The notes under the pieces are model-generated. The model did no database searches and had not been told where the DNA came from. It saw only the letters and a program-made list of their open reading frames with translations. From Octopus sinensis (lineage: Eukaryota), in contig NC_042999.1 of NCBI RefSeq assembly GCF_006345805.1, forward strand, positions 115,010,001-115,074,000: a DNA stretch of 64,000 nucleotides, read 5' to 3'. Below are positions 63,441-64,000 of this stretch, in pieces; positions within the stretch are counted from its first letter, which is position 1; every line of letters begins with the position of its first letter. A program made the translations under genes and the position numbers.

Positions 63441-64000
63441 TATATGAAATAGCCGACAATAAACTGAGAAAGAAAATTATTTTTCACTGATAAAGTAACT
63501 TTTGATGAATAAAAGCAATGATTTCTTTCGTTTTTCTTTTATTTTTTTCTTGGTAGAGGTACACGGTTTTTGCACAAAAATCCGAATTGCTTTTTTGTTT
63601 TTGTTTTTTTAATTCCAGAAACTGAAAGAACAATGCATAAGATAGTAATACTGAATCCGATGGATGCAAAGAATTTAACCGCAGAATCACTCTGTTGAAT
63701 ATCTCTAGAAAGTAATTACTCTGAGCCAGAACGGCAATATTAATGAAATTTTTCCATGGGCATTACACGAACTTTCGTATTCAGCTGTTTATTAAATACA
63801 TAAGCAATTAAGAAAAACTAATATTCTTTCACTTTCATTTCATTAACGGATTTTATCGACGACCGCAAAACGGTACCATAAAATGGCTGCTGGTATTTTG
63901 ACACCTTTTGCTTAGAGATTTTTTCTCAATGGCAAACTGCAGTAAATACGGCCATTTTACAAGTTAAATATGTCCCTAACATATTTCAGCTGATCTACGT

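Noticed and set aside
63605-63700. Acceptor ttttaattccAG followed by a 21-aa ATG ORF
   Set aside because: Too short, with no homology or matching donor visible before the window ends.

Overview
This is an AT-rich, repeat-saturated eukaryotic window. The SINE families and microsatellite load point to an octopus (coleoid cephalopod) genome, which is an inference. No host protein-coding gene could be identified; most listed ORFs are microsatellite read-through. Recognisable content: many copies of two main tRNA-derived SINE families; decayed non-LTR retroelements (three R4/Dong-like RLE fragments, one RTE, three Penelope-like elements); a deleted mariner; two copies of a TA-flanked MITE; non-autonomous Helitron-like elements; and several foldback or tandem structures. 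The main unexplained feature is a 4.1-kb, indel-free array of about 36 x 114-bp units (29392-33533). It stays open in one + frame throughout and in a second apart from one variant stop, carries a POU octamer in each unit, and has splice-like signals at both ends. Also notable are a well-spaced TATA/Inr promoter with a degenerate hammerhead-like core next to a Penelope fragment (14819-15100), and RLE LINE fragments sitting in specific microsatellites, (TAA)n and (TACA)n.
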